This document shows positions 25,205-37,360 of a stretch of DNA of 64,000 bases, piece after piece; within the stretch, counting starts at the first letter, position 1; each line of letters starts with the position of its first letter. A program made the position numbers and the translations under genes. Below the pieces are notes generated by a model, which was given only the letters and a program-made list of their open reading frames with translations, did no database searches and was not told the DNA's origin. The DNA is from Vicugna vicugna (lineage: Eukaryota). The stretch covers positions 384,419-448,418 of the forward strand of contig MU058198.1 in assembly GCA_013265495.1 (NCBI GenBank), written 5' to 3'.

Positions 25205-27979
25205 CTGCAACGCAAGTGTTTATTCTTCATTACTCTCAGGTAAGGCTGAGGTGTCTCCTTTTACAGACAGAAGACGCACCTTAGATCAAAGGTCACAAAC
25301 AAGCCCTCCAGAGGCCGGCTGTGCCTGTTAGCGCGTAATGTTTACCCTGTGGTGTTTTTGTTCTGGCTTTGAAAGCGAATTATTTACCAACACTTACAAC
25401 ACAGAAGATTCTACCTGAAGACCTGGACTTCTGGCTTCACTTTTAAGCGTATGACGCTCTGAAAACACTGAGCCTGTCTCCTCAGTGAGCAGTCAATGTG
25501 GCAGCTGCTCTAGATGGACATGGTTCTCCGGGCCACCCACGCCTCCCGGTCGCCTTTTTGTTCCCAACCCTGGCTGCACAGAGCCCCTAGGGAGCTCTCA
25601 AATCCATGGATGCGCCTCCCCAGTCCTCTCTGGGAGACGGACACTGATGTTTTTAAAAATCTCTGCACATGAATCTTCTCCGCAGCCAAGGCTGAGAACC
25701 ATAGATTTAAGTTCTCTTAAGACACTTATACCCATGGGCATCTGATGTTGAGATTTTAGCCTTAGAGTTTAGGTTTCTTCTCATTACGGTACTTAATTCA
25801 ACTGAACTCTTTTTGCCTTCAAAATGTAAATTCTTCAGGACAGATTAGACTTTGTCTTTTAAAGAAACCTTCAAACAGTACTATCTTGACTGTATTCTCC
25901 GGGCCTTGACAAGTGTTCCAACGCTCTTACGTATGACTACCATGTGTTTAAGAGATCTTTTCCTTTAGGCTAACTTCAACACCCAGAAAATGTGCGGGAA
26001 GTTTCATTTTGGGTACATCTGTAGTTTTTTCATTAAAAAGCTTGAGGGCTTTGGACATAAGGCGATGGGATAGGCCTGATGAAATCTGGGGTGGTTCTGC
26101 ACCTGAACTTCTCAGGCAGGTAGGATTTTAAATGCCTCACTCTAAACAAAGGAGCACGGACCCTGGAGTCCGAAGCATGGTGACCCAGCTTTGAGCTGGT
26201 CCTCCACACAATCTGCTCCATCTCACTGAGCATATTTGACTTAAAGAACTGGATGGAGTCCAAGTTCTGTCAGGTGCCACTCAGATCTATGCCGTCTGAC
26301 AGTGGGTCGCTGTGGTCTGTGGCCATGTTTTTATGTGGAGAACAATTTGAAACATTTGACAAAGTCAAGGTAGCCTGTCCCATGTTTTTGCCTCCAAGTC
26401 CAAGGAGGTGCTGCCACCAATCTAGCCTACTTGCAGGAAGATGAGGCCCAGAAATTAAAATAAAAAATGATGAGATGACTCTATTTCTCAAAATAATCTC
26501 GTTTGCTTGTTCTTTGATTTTTTTCACTCCCACCCAAAAACATGTTAATAGGAAAGAACTTTAAAGACAACCCAATACTCATTTTTAAGACACGATTTAC
26601 TGAGAGATCGCAAGGGGCCGAGTGCACAGGATGAGGATGAGTTGAAACACTCAGCTGACTTCTGGTGGGTAGAATTATATTTCTGTTAAAAACATCCTTG
26701 ACTTTTCCCTAGCACTGCACTACTTTTCCAGATTCAGGCACCTAAAAGATGCTTTTTGGGGGTATGTGTGGAGGGTTGGGTATCATAATATTTGCCATTT
26801 CTCTTTCCACAATCTCTGCAAGGTGTCTTTAAAAAGTGCGGGATGGACCACAGAAAGCGCACAGAGCTAGAGTCAGAAAATATGTGTCCTGTCTCTAACA
26901 CAGACCTTACATAAATCAGAATTGCCATTTCTTACATACAAAATTGGGAATAATCAGGTTATTCCCTTTTTGAGGGGAAACACACAATAATAAAAATCTT
27001 TCTATGGAGTTATGAAGATAAAAGGAGATATAGGAAGCAAAGTAACCTTATGGATGAAAAAGAATGATTCTTAATCTGTTTTGCTCATTGGCTCAACAAA
27101 GAAGCATTAAAATTCATGTTCAACAATCCTCTGAATTTTACCCTGCATTGTCACACACTTAAAAAAAATTGAGAAATAATAACATAAAATTGAGGCCCAG
27201 TGCTAGAAGCTCTCACATTTTATATTTGTTTTCCCAAAACGTGAAACACATATCTATGGTGGTATCTAGATTTCAAGTGGTATATGGGAAGTTCACGGCT
27301 ATGAACACACGCTAAATAACACCCATATTATTTAGTAAGAGTTATTCTCTTTTAAATTCTCTTCCAATCCTTTTGGTTGCATCAAGGAGACTGTTTCAGT
27401 TTAATAGCTGACATATATCAAATACCTTCCTAACACCTGCTAATCTACCTCTCTTACCAGAAAGGAAGATGGTCTTGGGTTCAAGCCTTGGTAGGCAGCA
27501 GTATTTAGTACAATAACTTTTTGTTTTTAGCGTATTTATTTTTTATGATCACTCTATTTGGGACAGGCAATGCTGGTTTTTCTGTTTACCATAAAAATCT
27601 AGTTTCTGTGAAATTAATTTTAAGAATGGAACACGTTTAAGGAAAAAAAAGTTTAATTAAAAATGCAAATGTTATTGCTATAAAGCAAAAATCCTGAAGG
27701 TGGTACACGAATGATTTAACTTTGAGAAAAAGACTTCACAATTTTCGGAGGCAGCTCAAATGAAACGAGGAAAGGAGGAGCCAAGATCAAAGCCCAAGTC
27801 TCCCCACTCCAAATTGGATGCTCCTTCCACTACCCTGGTGAGTCTCAAACTTGCTAACGCATACGAAACATCTGAATCATTCGAAAGGGTTGTTAAAATA
27901 CTGATTCAGTGACCCAGTAGGTCAGGGAAGGGACCTGAGAACCTGCATTTCTAACAGGTTCCAAGGGGTAGGGGGAAGC

Positions 27980-28570
27980 CGACGCAGCCCGTCTTAGGAC
28001 TACACTTTGCGGGACAAGGCCCTGAGAGAAGGTTACAGGGACACCCCTAGGACACGGAACTTTCAAGGTCGCCAGCTGTCCTCGACCCGGAACGCCGACC
28101 ACACCTGCAGCGACGTCACGGCACAGGTGTGCAACTGTGATTCCCCAACGCGCCGAACCGCTCCGTCGCAACCCAGTGACGTAGTAAACGTCTCTCCCGT
28201 GACCTCTCCGACCCAAGCCTCAGGCGAGAAGTCCCCGACTCGCCCGCCCAGCGCGGTTCCGCGGTCGCGCTCCCCCTTTACCTGAGAGGGCCCGCGGGCC
28301 GCCCGCGTGCAGCCGCCGCAGGGAGCGAGCCGCCGTCGCCCCGGCGTAGCTCATCGCCGCGACTGCAGGGCAACCGCTCCCTGAACGGAAGGGGCCAAAC
28401 GCGCCCTTGGCGCGGACTGATGACGCACAGCCGACGTAAGACGGACTCGGACACGCCCCTAGACTGCGTTTCCATTCGATTGGTTGGAAACATCAGGTGA
28501 AAAGATTCTATTGAATGCGATCACTAGCAATCACTCAGGAGCTCGACGGTACGGTTGCCATGGAGATGAG
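27980..28570 (-). promoter_or_regulatory. COQ7: COQ7 CpG-island promoter
   Basis: CpG-dense around exon 1; CCAAT (minus) 28479-28483; TGACGCA 28421-28427; ETS-like CGGAAG near 28386; X-box 28554-28567. Confidence 0.85.
28282..28354 (-). CDS. COQ7: COQ7 exon 1 coding part (MSYAGATAARSLRRLHAGGPRALS), mitochondrial targeting peptide
   Basis: ATG at 28354-28352 in the CpG island; 73 nt to CAG|GTAAAG donor; Arg/Ala-rich with no acidic residues; phase fits exon 2 and gives 217 aa. Confidence 0.93.
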
Positions 28571-31135
28571 AATGCTAAATTGCTCTGTGAAAGATCCCCA
28601 CAGGGTAAAAATTAAATTATTTGTTGGCATAGTCATCGTATTTTCTGCTTTACCAACATGGGAGATTCTCCTCTACTTGTAGCCTACAGCCACTTTAAAA
28701 CAGTAATTACATTCTGAAATTAAATTCATATGGTCAGTAGTGGTATCTCTAGGCATTGGGGTTGACAGACGACTTTAAATTTCTTCCTACTCCTTTTCTC
28801 TATTTTTAGGTTTTCTACAGAGAACATTTATTATTTCCACTTTACTGTTGGTGTGAGTGTATATTGGCGCAAATTGGTTTCTTGAGAGGTGGGGTGGGGA
28901 GGTTTAGCAATATATTTCATACTTTTAATTAAAAGCCTATATCCAATCTGTCAGTGTAGATTCATCAGTTGTAACAAATGTGCCACTCTGGTGGGGGATG
29001 TTAATAATAGGGGACGCTGTGCATGTGTCGGGGCAGGGAATACACAGGAAATCTCTGTACTTTCCTCAGTTTTGCTGTGAACCTAAAACTGCTCTAAAAA
29101 AATAAAAGTCTCAAGAAAGAAAATTTTGTTTACCTTTAAAAGAATGCATATCCACTGATACAGAAATCCTACTTTCGGGAACCTATGGAACAGAAGTAAT
29201 TTTTCCAATGTGTGATGTATGTTTCTGAGGGCAAAAAGTTAAAGGTGCATAATCTGGAAGGACATATAACAAAACGTTTAATAATGGTAACTTCAGAGGG
29301 TTGGAGTTGTGAGAAAGGGGCTTTCATTTTTCTACCTTACACCCTTGGATTCTGTGTATCTTTTATCCAAGTTGCTATAAAACATTTAAGATACACTACA
29401 CTGTAAAATAAATGAAGTTGCTAATTGTTTTCAAATTACATTAACATACAATAATTTAAAATTATGATCAACTGTTATGTAACTTTTTAAACCCAAATAC
29501 TTAGTGAAAGTGAGGGTGATGTAACATTCTCATGTAAAGCTCTTGAGTGTAAATCTGGCTCTCAAAAGCCCTAAAATGTTCTAAATCTTGGCTGTAATCC
29601 CACATCTAGGTCTCTAAGAAGAAAAAAATGTTGACAAAGATTTATGGATGTCCCAGTTATTATCAGGAACATCTGGAAACAAAATGTTAAGCAGCAAGGG
29701 GATGTTAAAAAAATTAAGATTTGTGTGATGTTATATTACGTAGACCATTGAAATGCTTATAAAGAATTTTGGATAAAGTGAGAAAACACTTATGAAAGAG
29801 AAACGAGAATGTCAATCTTTTTTTCTTTCTCTTCATCTTCTTTCCCTCAGTCTGTACTTTCTACCTTAAAAGGAATTTTGCTAAGATTAACAGTGGATGT
29901 CCATAAATGTTGCTTATACTTGACTTTTACTTTTTTTCTCTATAGTTTTCAATGTTCTCTGTATTTTCTATAATAAGCAAGTATTTTTGTAGTGAGAAAA
30001 CAAAATTTCATAAAGAAAAGGCTTACTATTCCTAATTCAATCCTCAAAGATATAAGTGAATGTATTATTTCCCATTTTAAAGATAAGGGAACTTAATCGC
30101 AGCAAGGTGAAGTCATTTGTACAAAATTACACAATTAAGCAAGGAGCAAAGCCATTTCATGTCCTTAGCATATCCCATGCATTGGAAAGAAAATACATCA
30201 AAAGGAATTTACTAATAAAACCCTACCCTATATAAAGAAGATAACATTTAGAAGTTCTGTCTTCCTAGGGATCAGACCTTGTAGTGCCATCCTGGCAAAA
30301 TTAATTCCTTTTCTTCTCCAATACTTACAAAATGGGTTTCTGCAATCAGATATGTAGCTGCAGGAATTTACTCTGATAAGATTTAATGCAAACTAATGAC
30401 TCATGTAACTGGTTTCTTGTCTTTGCTGGGATGAGAATATTCTGTGATTTCAAGAATGTACAAGGCTGCCTTGATAAAGAACAGGAGCCTGGAGCTGAAT
30501 GGGTCAGAACAGAGAAGAGAGCAATTTCTGCATGGACTTTTAACATTCTAGCTCCCTGTGTTTGTAATGGGAGAGGGGTGGGCCGGGGGAGTGGCTGAAA
30601 ACAAAGTAAGTATCTAGCAGTGGGTGAATGATTATGGAAGTAAACACTGATACAACAGAATGCTATGTAGTCAGTAAAAAGAACGAGTAGCTACTTACAT
30701 GGAAAGATCTTCCAAATGTTACTGAGAAAAAAAGAAGCTCAGAAATAAATACATCCATATCACACATATAACTACAGATAACATATCTGCTTGAATATGT
30801 ATTATAACTTTCTGGGAGAATAAAATAAACCTCATTAGCAGTGGTTCCCCCTGAGGGTGGGATGGGGGGGTACCTGAAATAACTTTATGTCTTTTTAAGT
30901 TTAAAGCACATGCAATACACCCCTCCTTGGTTTCAAAAGAGCCAAGGAATCTTAAAAACACTCATTTTGATGATCTTCTATATAATTAAAAACATCTTTC
31001 TCCTCTCTGATTCTAGGAAAGGGCAAAGAGCAACTTTACAAACTGTTGTAGTTTTCCATGATCACTTGATTGCTGATGAGAAACCTCCAAGAATTCAAAT
31101 ATACATAATCACATTTTAAAACCTTCAAGACACAG

Positions 31136-31154
31136 TTTAATCAGTAGTTTTAAT
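31136..31154 (-). terminator. TMC7: Probable TMC7 polyadenylation signals (two ATTAAA)
   Basis: Plus-strand tttaat at 31136-31141 and 31149-31154, followed on the minus strand by GT/T-rich sequence, at the end of about 2.3 kb of repeat-poor 3'UTR-like sequence. Confidence 0.5.
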
Positions 31155-32963
31155 GCACATTTGTTAGAGACAGCTGCACTTTAACAATTATACAGACATC
31201 ACCTGCAGTTATTAAAGTTATCAAAATATATAAAAACATTCAAGTAAGACGTATGCAAATTAGCAGCATTTAACTAAAATGAATATATTAACATATTTCA
31301 GTATAATAGGGAAAGAAAACGGCTTCTTACACACTCACACTGACACACACACGTACAGAGAAAACCTAACTGTCCTCAGAAGCATGGAGAAGGCAAGAAC
31401 GTTATGCATGTACATTGTTGGCAAAAACGCCAACAATCAGAATTTTTAAAAACTGAGGGTGGAATGAACTTTTGTTTGCTCAAAACTTCATGATACTAGT
31501 TATAACTAGACTTAGAAATTCATAAAGCTCAAGGCAGGAAAAGCTTGAAAAGCTCATCAGTTTCACAGATATAAAAATATCCCGTGTTAATGCTAACTCT
31601 GTGGGAGCAAAAAGATGGTCTGGCAAAGGGACAAGGGACAAGTATATAGAAATGTGTCAGCTATGGTCAACCTGTGCTAAGCTTTGCTCCTCAGTGGAAG
31701 GAATCAATCATTTCTGAGTAGGTGGGGGTGGGGGCGGTGAGAAATACTCTTCAAGCAGCAGCTTTCTAAAACCTGCACCCACCTTTAAATTCCAGGCTAC
31801 TCCCAGGAAAGGTTTAGAGTCTGAAAAACAAAGGAAAACATTGGAAGGAAGGCACAAACGGTCCCTTACAAAACTACAGTACTTTGAACAAGAGTCTCAA
31901 GGTATTAAAATGACAACTGATTACATTAAACCATAATCTAGGCTTATGTTAAAAGGTTTAAAGTGACCAATTTCAGGTAAGCTTAGATGAGGTATTTCTT
32001 GCATATGGTTTTTATGGTAACGGAAATATTAAGAGATACTCTGCATGTTTTGTAAAAGAAAATTAAAAAAATTTAAGCACAAGAAGGCAAACAATAGCCC
32101 TTAAAATACGAATATGTGCATTTAAGACGTCAGCAGTCAGTCTAGTTTGGTAAACTTGCACAGGACGGTCCGATGCTGCCACCCACATGCCAAAACACTT
32201 CTGTGCATAGACTCACAGCTCAAATACTCAGCAGCCCTTTCCAGCCTGGCTCTGAAATGTGAAGTGTCATTCAGAAACCTCAGTGCAGGAAGGGAAACAG
32301 CGTTTGGAAGACCGAGAGACAGACTTGGCTTCTTGATGGCACAGGGCCCTCTGCCAAGTCTCCAGACTCCGGACTAGAAGTTGAACAGAAGGCTTGGGAT
32401 TATCCAGGCTCTTAAAGGCAGCTTCCCTCTGAGTAACAAGGCTGGAGCAAAATGCCCCAGAAGCTACGAAATCCAGGCTGCCACCCTGCAGCAGGTCCCC
32501 TCCTTCTAAGGCTTAATCCAGGGCACTTCAGATCCTTGCTCATTCAAGTGGCAGGAAGGGCTTTTTGCTCTCATATAAAATGACTCTTATATTCCATGCT
32601 ACCACGTAGCTGAAATTACATAACCATCCTCTCCATGCTCCCACCACCTGTTTCAAACATCACGATTCAAGGATTTCTCTTCATTTAAAACAATCAGGTC
32701 TCCATATTAAGTCTACAGAACCATTCAAAAGAGTCACTACTTTTTAAGGAACACTTCCCGGCCTTTGAACCCAAAATCTGGTTCGAAAGAATTAACCCAG
32801 GCTCATGGAGAGATAATGTCTACAGTTAACTTGAAAAGACAGTACCAATAAGCTTATAAAATTACAAAAGCTCTCTCCTCAGTTTTGGTTGTAAAAGCTT
32901 CAAGGGCTTCTTAAGTCAGTGTGTTGGTCGAGCTGTCCCTGAGCTGCTGGGCCACAGGCAAAG

Positions 32964-33529
32964 ACATGGCACTGAACTCGCTTTTCTAACTCCCTAAGCC
33001 CTAAACAGGGGCTGGGTCATGTACACACGGCCACCGCAGCTGCACACGTATGGAACCACTCTCAGGAAAGGCCCAAGCTTCAGAAAAATGTATTAAAAAA
33101 ATCTCTGCTAAAGTCCCAGGTGGGCTTTGTTGGCTGGCAGGTCACCACGGCAGCTTGTAAGCCACACACAGCAGGGCTTCCTGTCAGTCTAGCCGGTTCC
33201 GCATATCCCTCTGGGCTTCTGTTAGTTTCTGGATCAGATAACGCTTAACATGGCACTGAACTCGCTTTTCTAACTCCCTAAGCCTAAACAGGGGCTGGGT
33301 CATGTACACACGGCCACCGCAGCTGCACACGTATGGAACCACTCTCAGGAAAGGCCCAAGCTTCAGAAAAATGTATTAAAAAAATCTCTGCTAAAGTCCC
33401 AGGTGGGCTTTGTTGGCTGGCAGGTCACCACGGCAGCTTGTAAGCCACACACAGCAGGGCTTCCTGTCAGTCTAGCCGGTTCCGCATATCCCTCTGGGCT
33501 TCTGTTAGTTTCTGGATCAGATAACGCTT
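32964..33529. repeat. Near-perfect tandem duplication, 283 + 282 bp
   Basis: 32964-33246 equals 33248-33529 except one C indel (aagccctaaa vs aagcctaaa); one extra A at the junction (33247). Confidence 0.97.
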
Positions 33530-33541
33530 GTCACGACTTTC
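33467..33541 (-). CDS. TMC7: TMC7 last exon (16) coding part (ESRDKRYLIQKLTEAQRDMRNRLD*)
   Basis: ctctctctgcttttag acceptor; TGA at 33469-33467. Confidence 0.93.
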   Translation of the reverse strand, partial: ESRDKRYLIQKLTEAQRDMRNRLD

Positions 33542-34321
33542 CTAAAAGCAGAGAGAGGTTCAAGGGCACATTCAATATATTTGGAAACAAATATCATTAT
33601 TGTGACCTAAGAAATCACCTGTCAGGCTCAGGGCCAAGGGTCCTCACCACTGGATGGCTGCAATGGCCTCCAAACTGCCTCTTTCACTCTTTTCCCCTCC
33701 ACAGCCCCTCGTCCACAAAGCGGCCAATCATCTTTTAAAAGTGAACACCAGTCTTATAATCCTCCAGTGACCTTCTATCACACTCAGAATTAAACTCAAA
33801 CTTCTTACCAGAGCCCTCAGGCTACGCTGTGATCCTCGCTGGGATTCCAGCAGCATCTGGTCTCTCCTGATCATCCTCCACCCTCCAGCCACACCTCGCT
33901 GACCCCTCCTCCCAAGACCTCCCATAATCGGCTCCTCCTCATTGTTCAAGTCTCAGCTCCACCATCACCTTCTCAAAGAGGCTTTCCACACCACCATCTA
34001 CAGCAGCGGAGGCCCACCCATCACTCTGCCTGCCTGGTTTGTATGGTCTTCGTAGCAGTGACTGCAATCGGAATTTCTTTTTCTCTAACCACTGAACAGT
34101 CTTGTCTCCCCTCTTCACCTCTGTACCCCAGCATAGAATGAGGATATATACACATCGCGGGGTGGACATGTCCGAACATGAATGGAGCCAGAGGAGACCC
34201 AGCCTGAAGGCAGAGTTTTGGCGGGTAGTGATGAGAGCACTCCACCTCTCCCTGCGATGAACATCACACTCACTGCGGTGTCCTGGGTCAACGTCCCCAG
34301 CTGCGCCCAGTGCTTCCTTAC

Positions 34322-34400
34322 CAAGGACAGCTGCTCGCGGAGCTGCAGGACCACCCGCTTGTGTGCTCCGGCCAGCGCAATGAAGTAAAACATAACGAGG
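34322..34400 (-). CDS. TMC7: TMC7 exon 15 ([27 protein letters not shown])
   Basis: 79 nt, AG/GT, frame-consistent. Confidence 0.95.
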
Positions 34401-35326
34401 CTGCAACACAAAGCGAGAGGTCACTAGGGAGTCTGGACCATCTGAAGGCCTCTGGAAAACCATCTGACACATTTTGCTTGGAACAGTTTCACTTTTGTTA
34501 GATAAAAAGGAAAAGCAAGCCCTCATCCCTCCCAAGCGGAGGGCATCCGAAACAGCCAGAGAGGTGGTTATCTGGCAGCGGCAGCAGACACTGATTCATG
34601 TCTTGCTTCCCAGGTTACGATTAAAAGCTGCTGCTGTTCCTTGGCACACACAGCATGACGGGAGACAGGAGGACACAGACAGAAAGTCAGCTCGGCATGG
34701 ATGATCACTGTGGAAACCCTCTCGCCTCAGTTTCTACATCTATAAAATGGGGATGATATAGTAAAAGCCAGTGATAACAAGCCTAAAGATACTACAATTT
34801 TGCATAACAGCAGTTGGCCCCTGTCTTCTGTGTAGCCCTAGACCTCACATGGGGGCGGCTGAAATTATTATCTTTGGGAGGAGGGGCAAGTGGCATGGAG
34901 GGCAATCCCCCAAGAAAACAGCAGGCAGCCTCATCCCTGAAGGGGAGGCGGTGGCCTGTCAAATCTCCCCAGAAAGGGCTGAGGAAAGGAGGGCCACTGG
35001 AATCAAGTGATATCACCTGTTAATTTCTGGAAGTCCCCATGGCCAAGGACAAGAATGACCACCCCCACCAAAGATGTGGACGGCAGATCAGGAAATCACC
35101 AGCAGATGGTGCTAGCCAAACCACAGCTTAAGGGGAACCCATTAGGATGGAGCAGTTGGATCCTGGGATCCTCAGAATTCCTGGCTGGCTGGCAATATCA
35201 AAGGTATCTTGCCTTCAATAAATGAATTTTTTGGCCCCCTTCTTGCATTATGGTGGGGTTTTCTGTAATAACATCTACATCATAGGATAACTGAGTTAAT
35301 TAATACCTGTAAGCTACAATCAATTC

Positions 35327-36349
35327 CAGTAGTCTGTGGCGGTTCTATTCTGTTCTACAATCTCCAGGAACACCGAATCAGTGAGTTCTGAACCAGTGCC
35401 CCTGGGGAAATACAGAGTAGGTTCCTTCGCACCTCTGGTCACATTTTTGTCAACTCATCAATACTTTGTTTTTTATGTTTCTTGAGAAAGGTTATCAGTA
35501 CATAACTTTGTTCCTGTTTAAAGACACCTTATTTAACATCATTGAACTCACAGCCAAGAGCACCGTAACGTGTGACTGAGGGAAGCTTATCTAATTAATA
35601 CACATATTTTATTCATAAATGACATCCCAGCCTCTCGCACTAATGAACACTAGATAGCACTGAGCTCTACATGTGAGGGCCACTTTAAACAGTGAAATCA
35701 CTAACCAAAAGCACAAAATGCAAGAAACCTGGAACTAAATGGATCACAAAAAAGACACTTCTTTACAGTCTGAGCTGAAACAAGAAGGCAGAGTGTCATT
35801 TTGTCTCCCCTCCACTCCCCAAGCTGGGGATGTACATGCTATGATCTGAATGTGTGTGTCCCCCCAGATTCTTATGTTGAAATCCTAACCCCAAGGTGAT
35901 GGTTTTAGCAGGTGGAGCCTTTGGGAGATAATTAGGTCATGAGGGTGGAGTTCTCACAAATGGGATTAGTGCCCTTATGAAAGGGACTCTGGAGAGCACC
36001 CTAGCCCCTCCTGCCAAACGAGGATACAAGAAGTCTATAAACCAGAGGAGGGTCTTCACCCAACCATGCTGGCATCTCATTCTTGGACGTCCAGCCCCCA
36101 GAACCATGAGAAATAAATTTCTGTCATTTTTAAGACAAAGGGTCTGTGATATTTTGTTATAGCAGCCCAAATAGACCAAGACATTGTACTCAGGCAACTC
36201 ACATTTTCTGCTACTCTGTGTATGTCCACAAATAACCACAAAAAAAACACTGCTAGTATTCATTTTTGGAGTTCCAAAAATATTTTAGCTAATAGACCCA
36301 TTTGTGATATAGAAAAAAAGAGGAATCCATGAATAATGAGAATGGGCTA
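35327..36349. mobile_element. MER82-like Tigger MITE interrupted by an MLT1A-like LTR (about 35837-36183)
   Basis: 'cctctggtcacatttttgtcaac', 'gtttaaagacaccttatttaa', 'gagctgaaacaagaaggcagag'; insert has 'tgctatgatctgaatgtgtgtgtccccc...ttttgttatagcagcccaaatagac'. Confidence 0.7.
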
Positions 36350-37011
36350 TAATTAGAACAACACCCATTACAAAGTAAGCCCTCAACACACATGTGATCA
36401 GAATTATTTTAACACTCAGAATGAATCACTGCAGCAAAGACCCTTATCACCCCTGCTTACAACACTTGTCATTCACTGAGCCTTCACTAAGGGCCAAGTC
36501 CTCTGCTGAGCACTTTACAGACATCACCATGTTTCCTTCTTCTCACAGCCCTATGAAGTGTGTGCCATTCTTATTCCCATATTCCAGGTGAGGAAATTGA
36601 GGCTCAGAGAGGGTATGTGATGACCTGAGGCCACACAGCTTATGAGTGGCAGAGCCAGGGTCCGACTGTGTGCTTCTAGTCTGATGCTATTCTCTCTGCC
36701 CAGCAATCAGTTCCCTTTCCAAAGAGCAACTAATTTTGTGAACGATCAGTAAGATTAATAGGCAACATTTATGGCTTAGACGTTATAAGTCAGGCATCTG
36801 GCTAAGTGCCTGACCTGTGGGATCTCCCTGGACCTGCTCAATGGCCCTTTGAAAGAATTACTATTATTACGACATTTCAAAGATGGCAAATTGAGGTTCA
36901 GAGAGGTCCAGCATCATATCAAGGGTAGCAGGTGAGCTCCATTTCCCAGTCGAAGAGGAGCCCACCAGGCGCAGGGAAAATACTCGCAGGGTCCGGGTGG
37001 TTCTCACTCAC

Positions 37012-37167
37012 CAGATGATCATGAAGAAAGGCACCGCAAAGGCTTCCGACGTGACGCCGTAGACCAGGGACTGCAACGAGCTGGGAAAGGTGCCCACGGT
37101 GTTGGGGACCACCTCCCAGGTGGTATTGAAGTTGGTGAATGGCCCACAGGCTTTGGAGGAAGGGATG
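37012..37167 (-). CDS. TMC7: TMC7 exon 14 ([51 protein letters not shown])
   Basis: 156 nt, AG/GT; TMC-family PSxxCGPF-type motif. Confidence 0.96.
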
Positions 37168-37266
37168 CTGCCAGGACACAGAGCAAGGGGTTCAGGGCCA
37201 GGCCTGCAGCACAGGCTGAGGCCCTCCTCTGCCCGCCCAGAAAGCTTTGTTAACAAGTCAAGACTT

Positions 37267-37360
37267 GGGGGAGAGGGCATAGCTCAGTGGTAGAGCACAT
37301 GCTTAGCATGCACGAGGTCCTCTGTTCAACCTCTAGCACCTCCACTAAAACAAAAGAAAA
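37267..37360 (+). mobile_element. tRNA-derived camelid SINE (short form)
   Basis: 'gggcatagctcagtggtagagcacatgcttagcatgcacgaggtcc...cacctcca' followed by an A tail. Confidence 0.8.

Noticed and set aside
27997..28015. ZNF143-like GACTACACTTT motif near the COQ7 promoter
   Set aside because: Better explained as the terminal part of a MER5A-like MITE (about 27840-28012)
33939..34535. 198-aa minus-strand ORF
   Set aside because: Overlaps TMC7 exon 15 in another frame and runs into repeat-like intron sequence; no recognisable protein
37267..37346. tRNA-Ala(AGC)-like sequence, here and at about 2528, 6860, 40200, 45200, 46562, 46709 and 61550
   Set aside because: Broken stems, A-rich tails, TSDs and many divergent copies indicate SINEs, not tRNA genes
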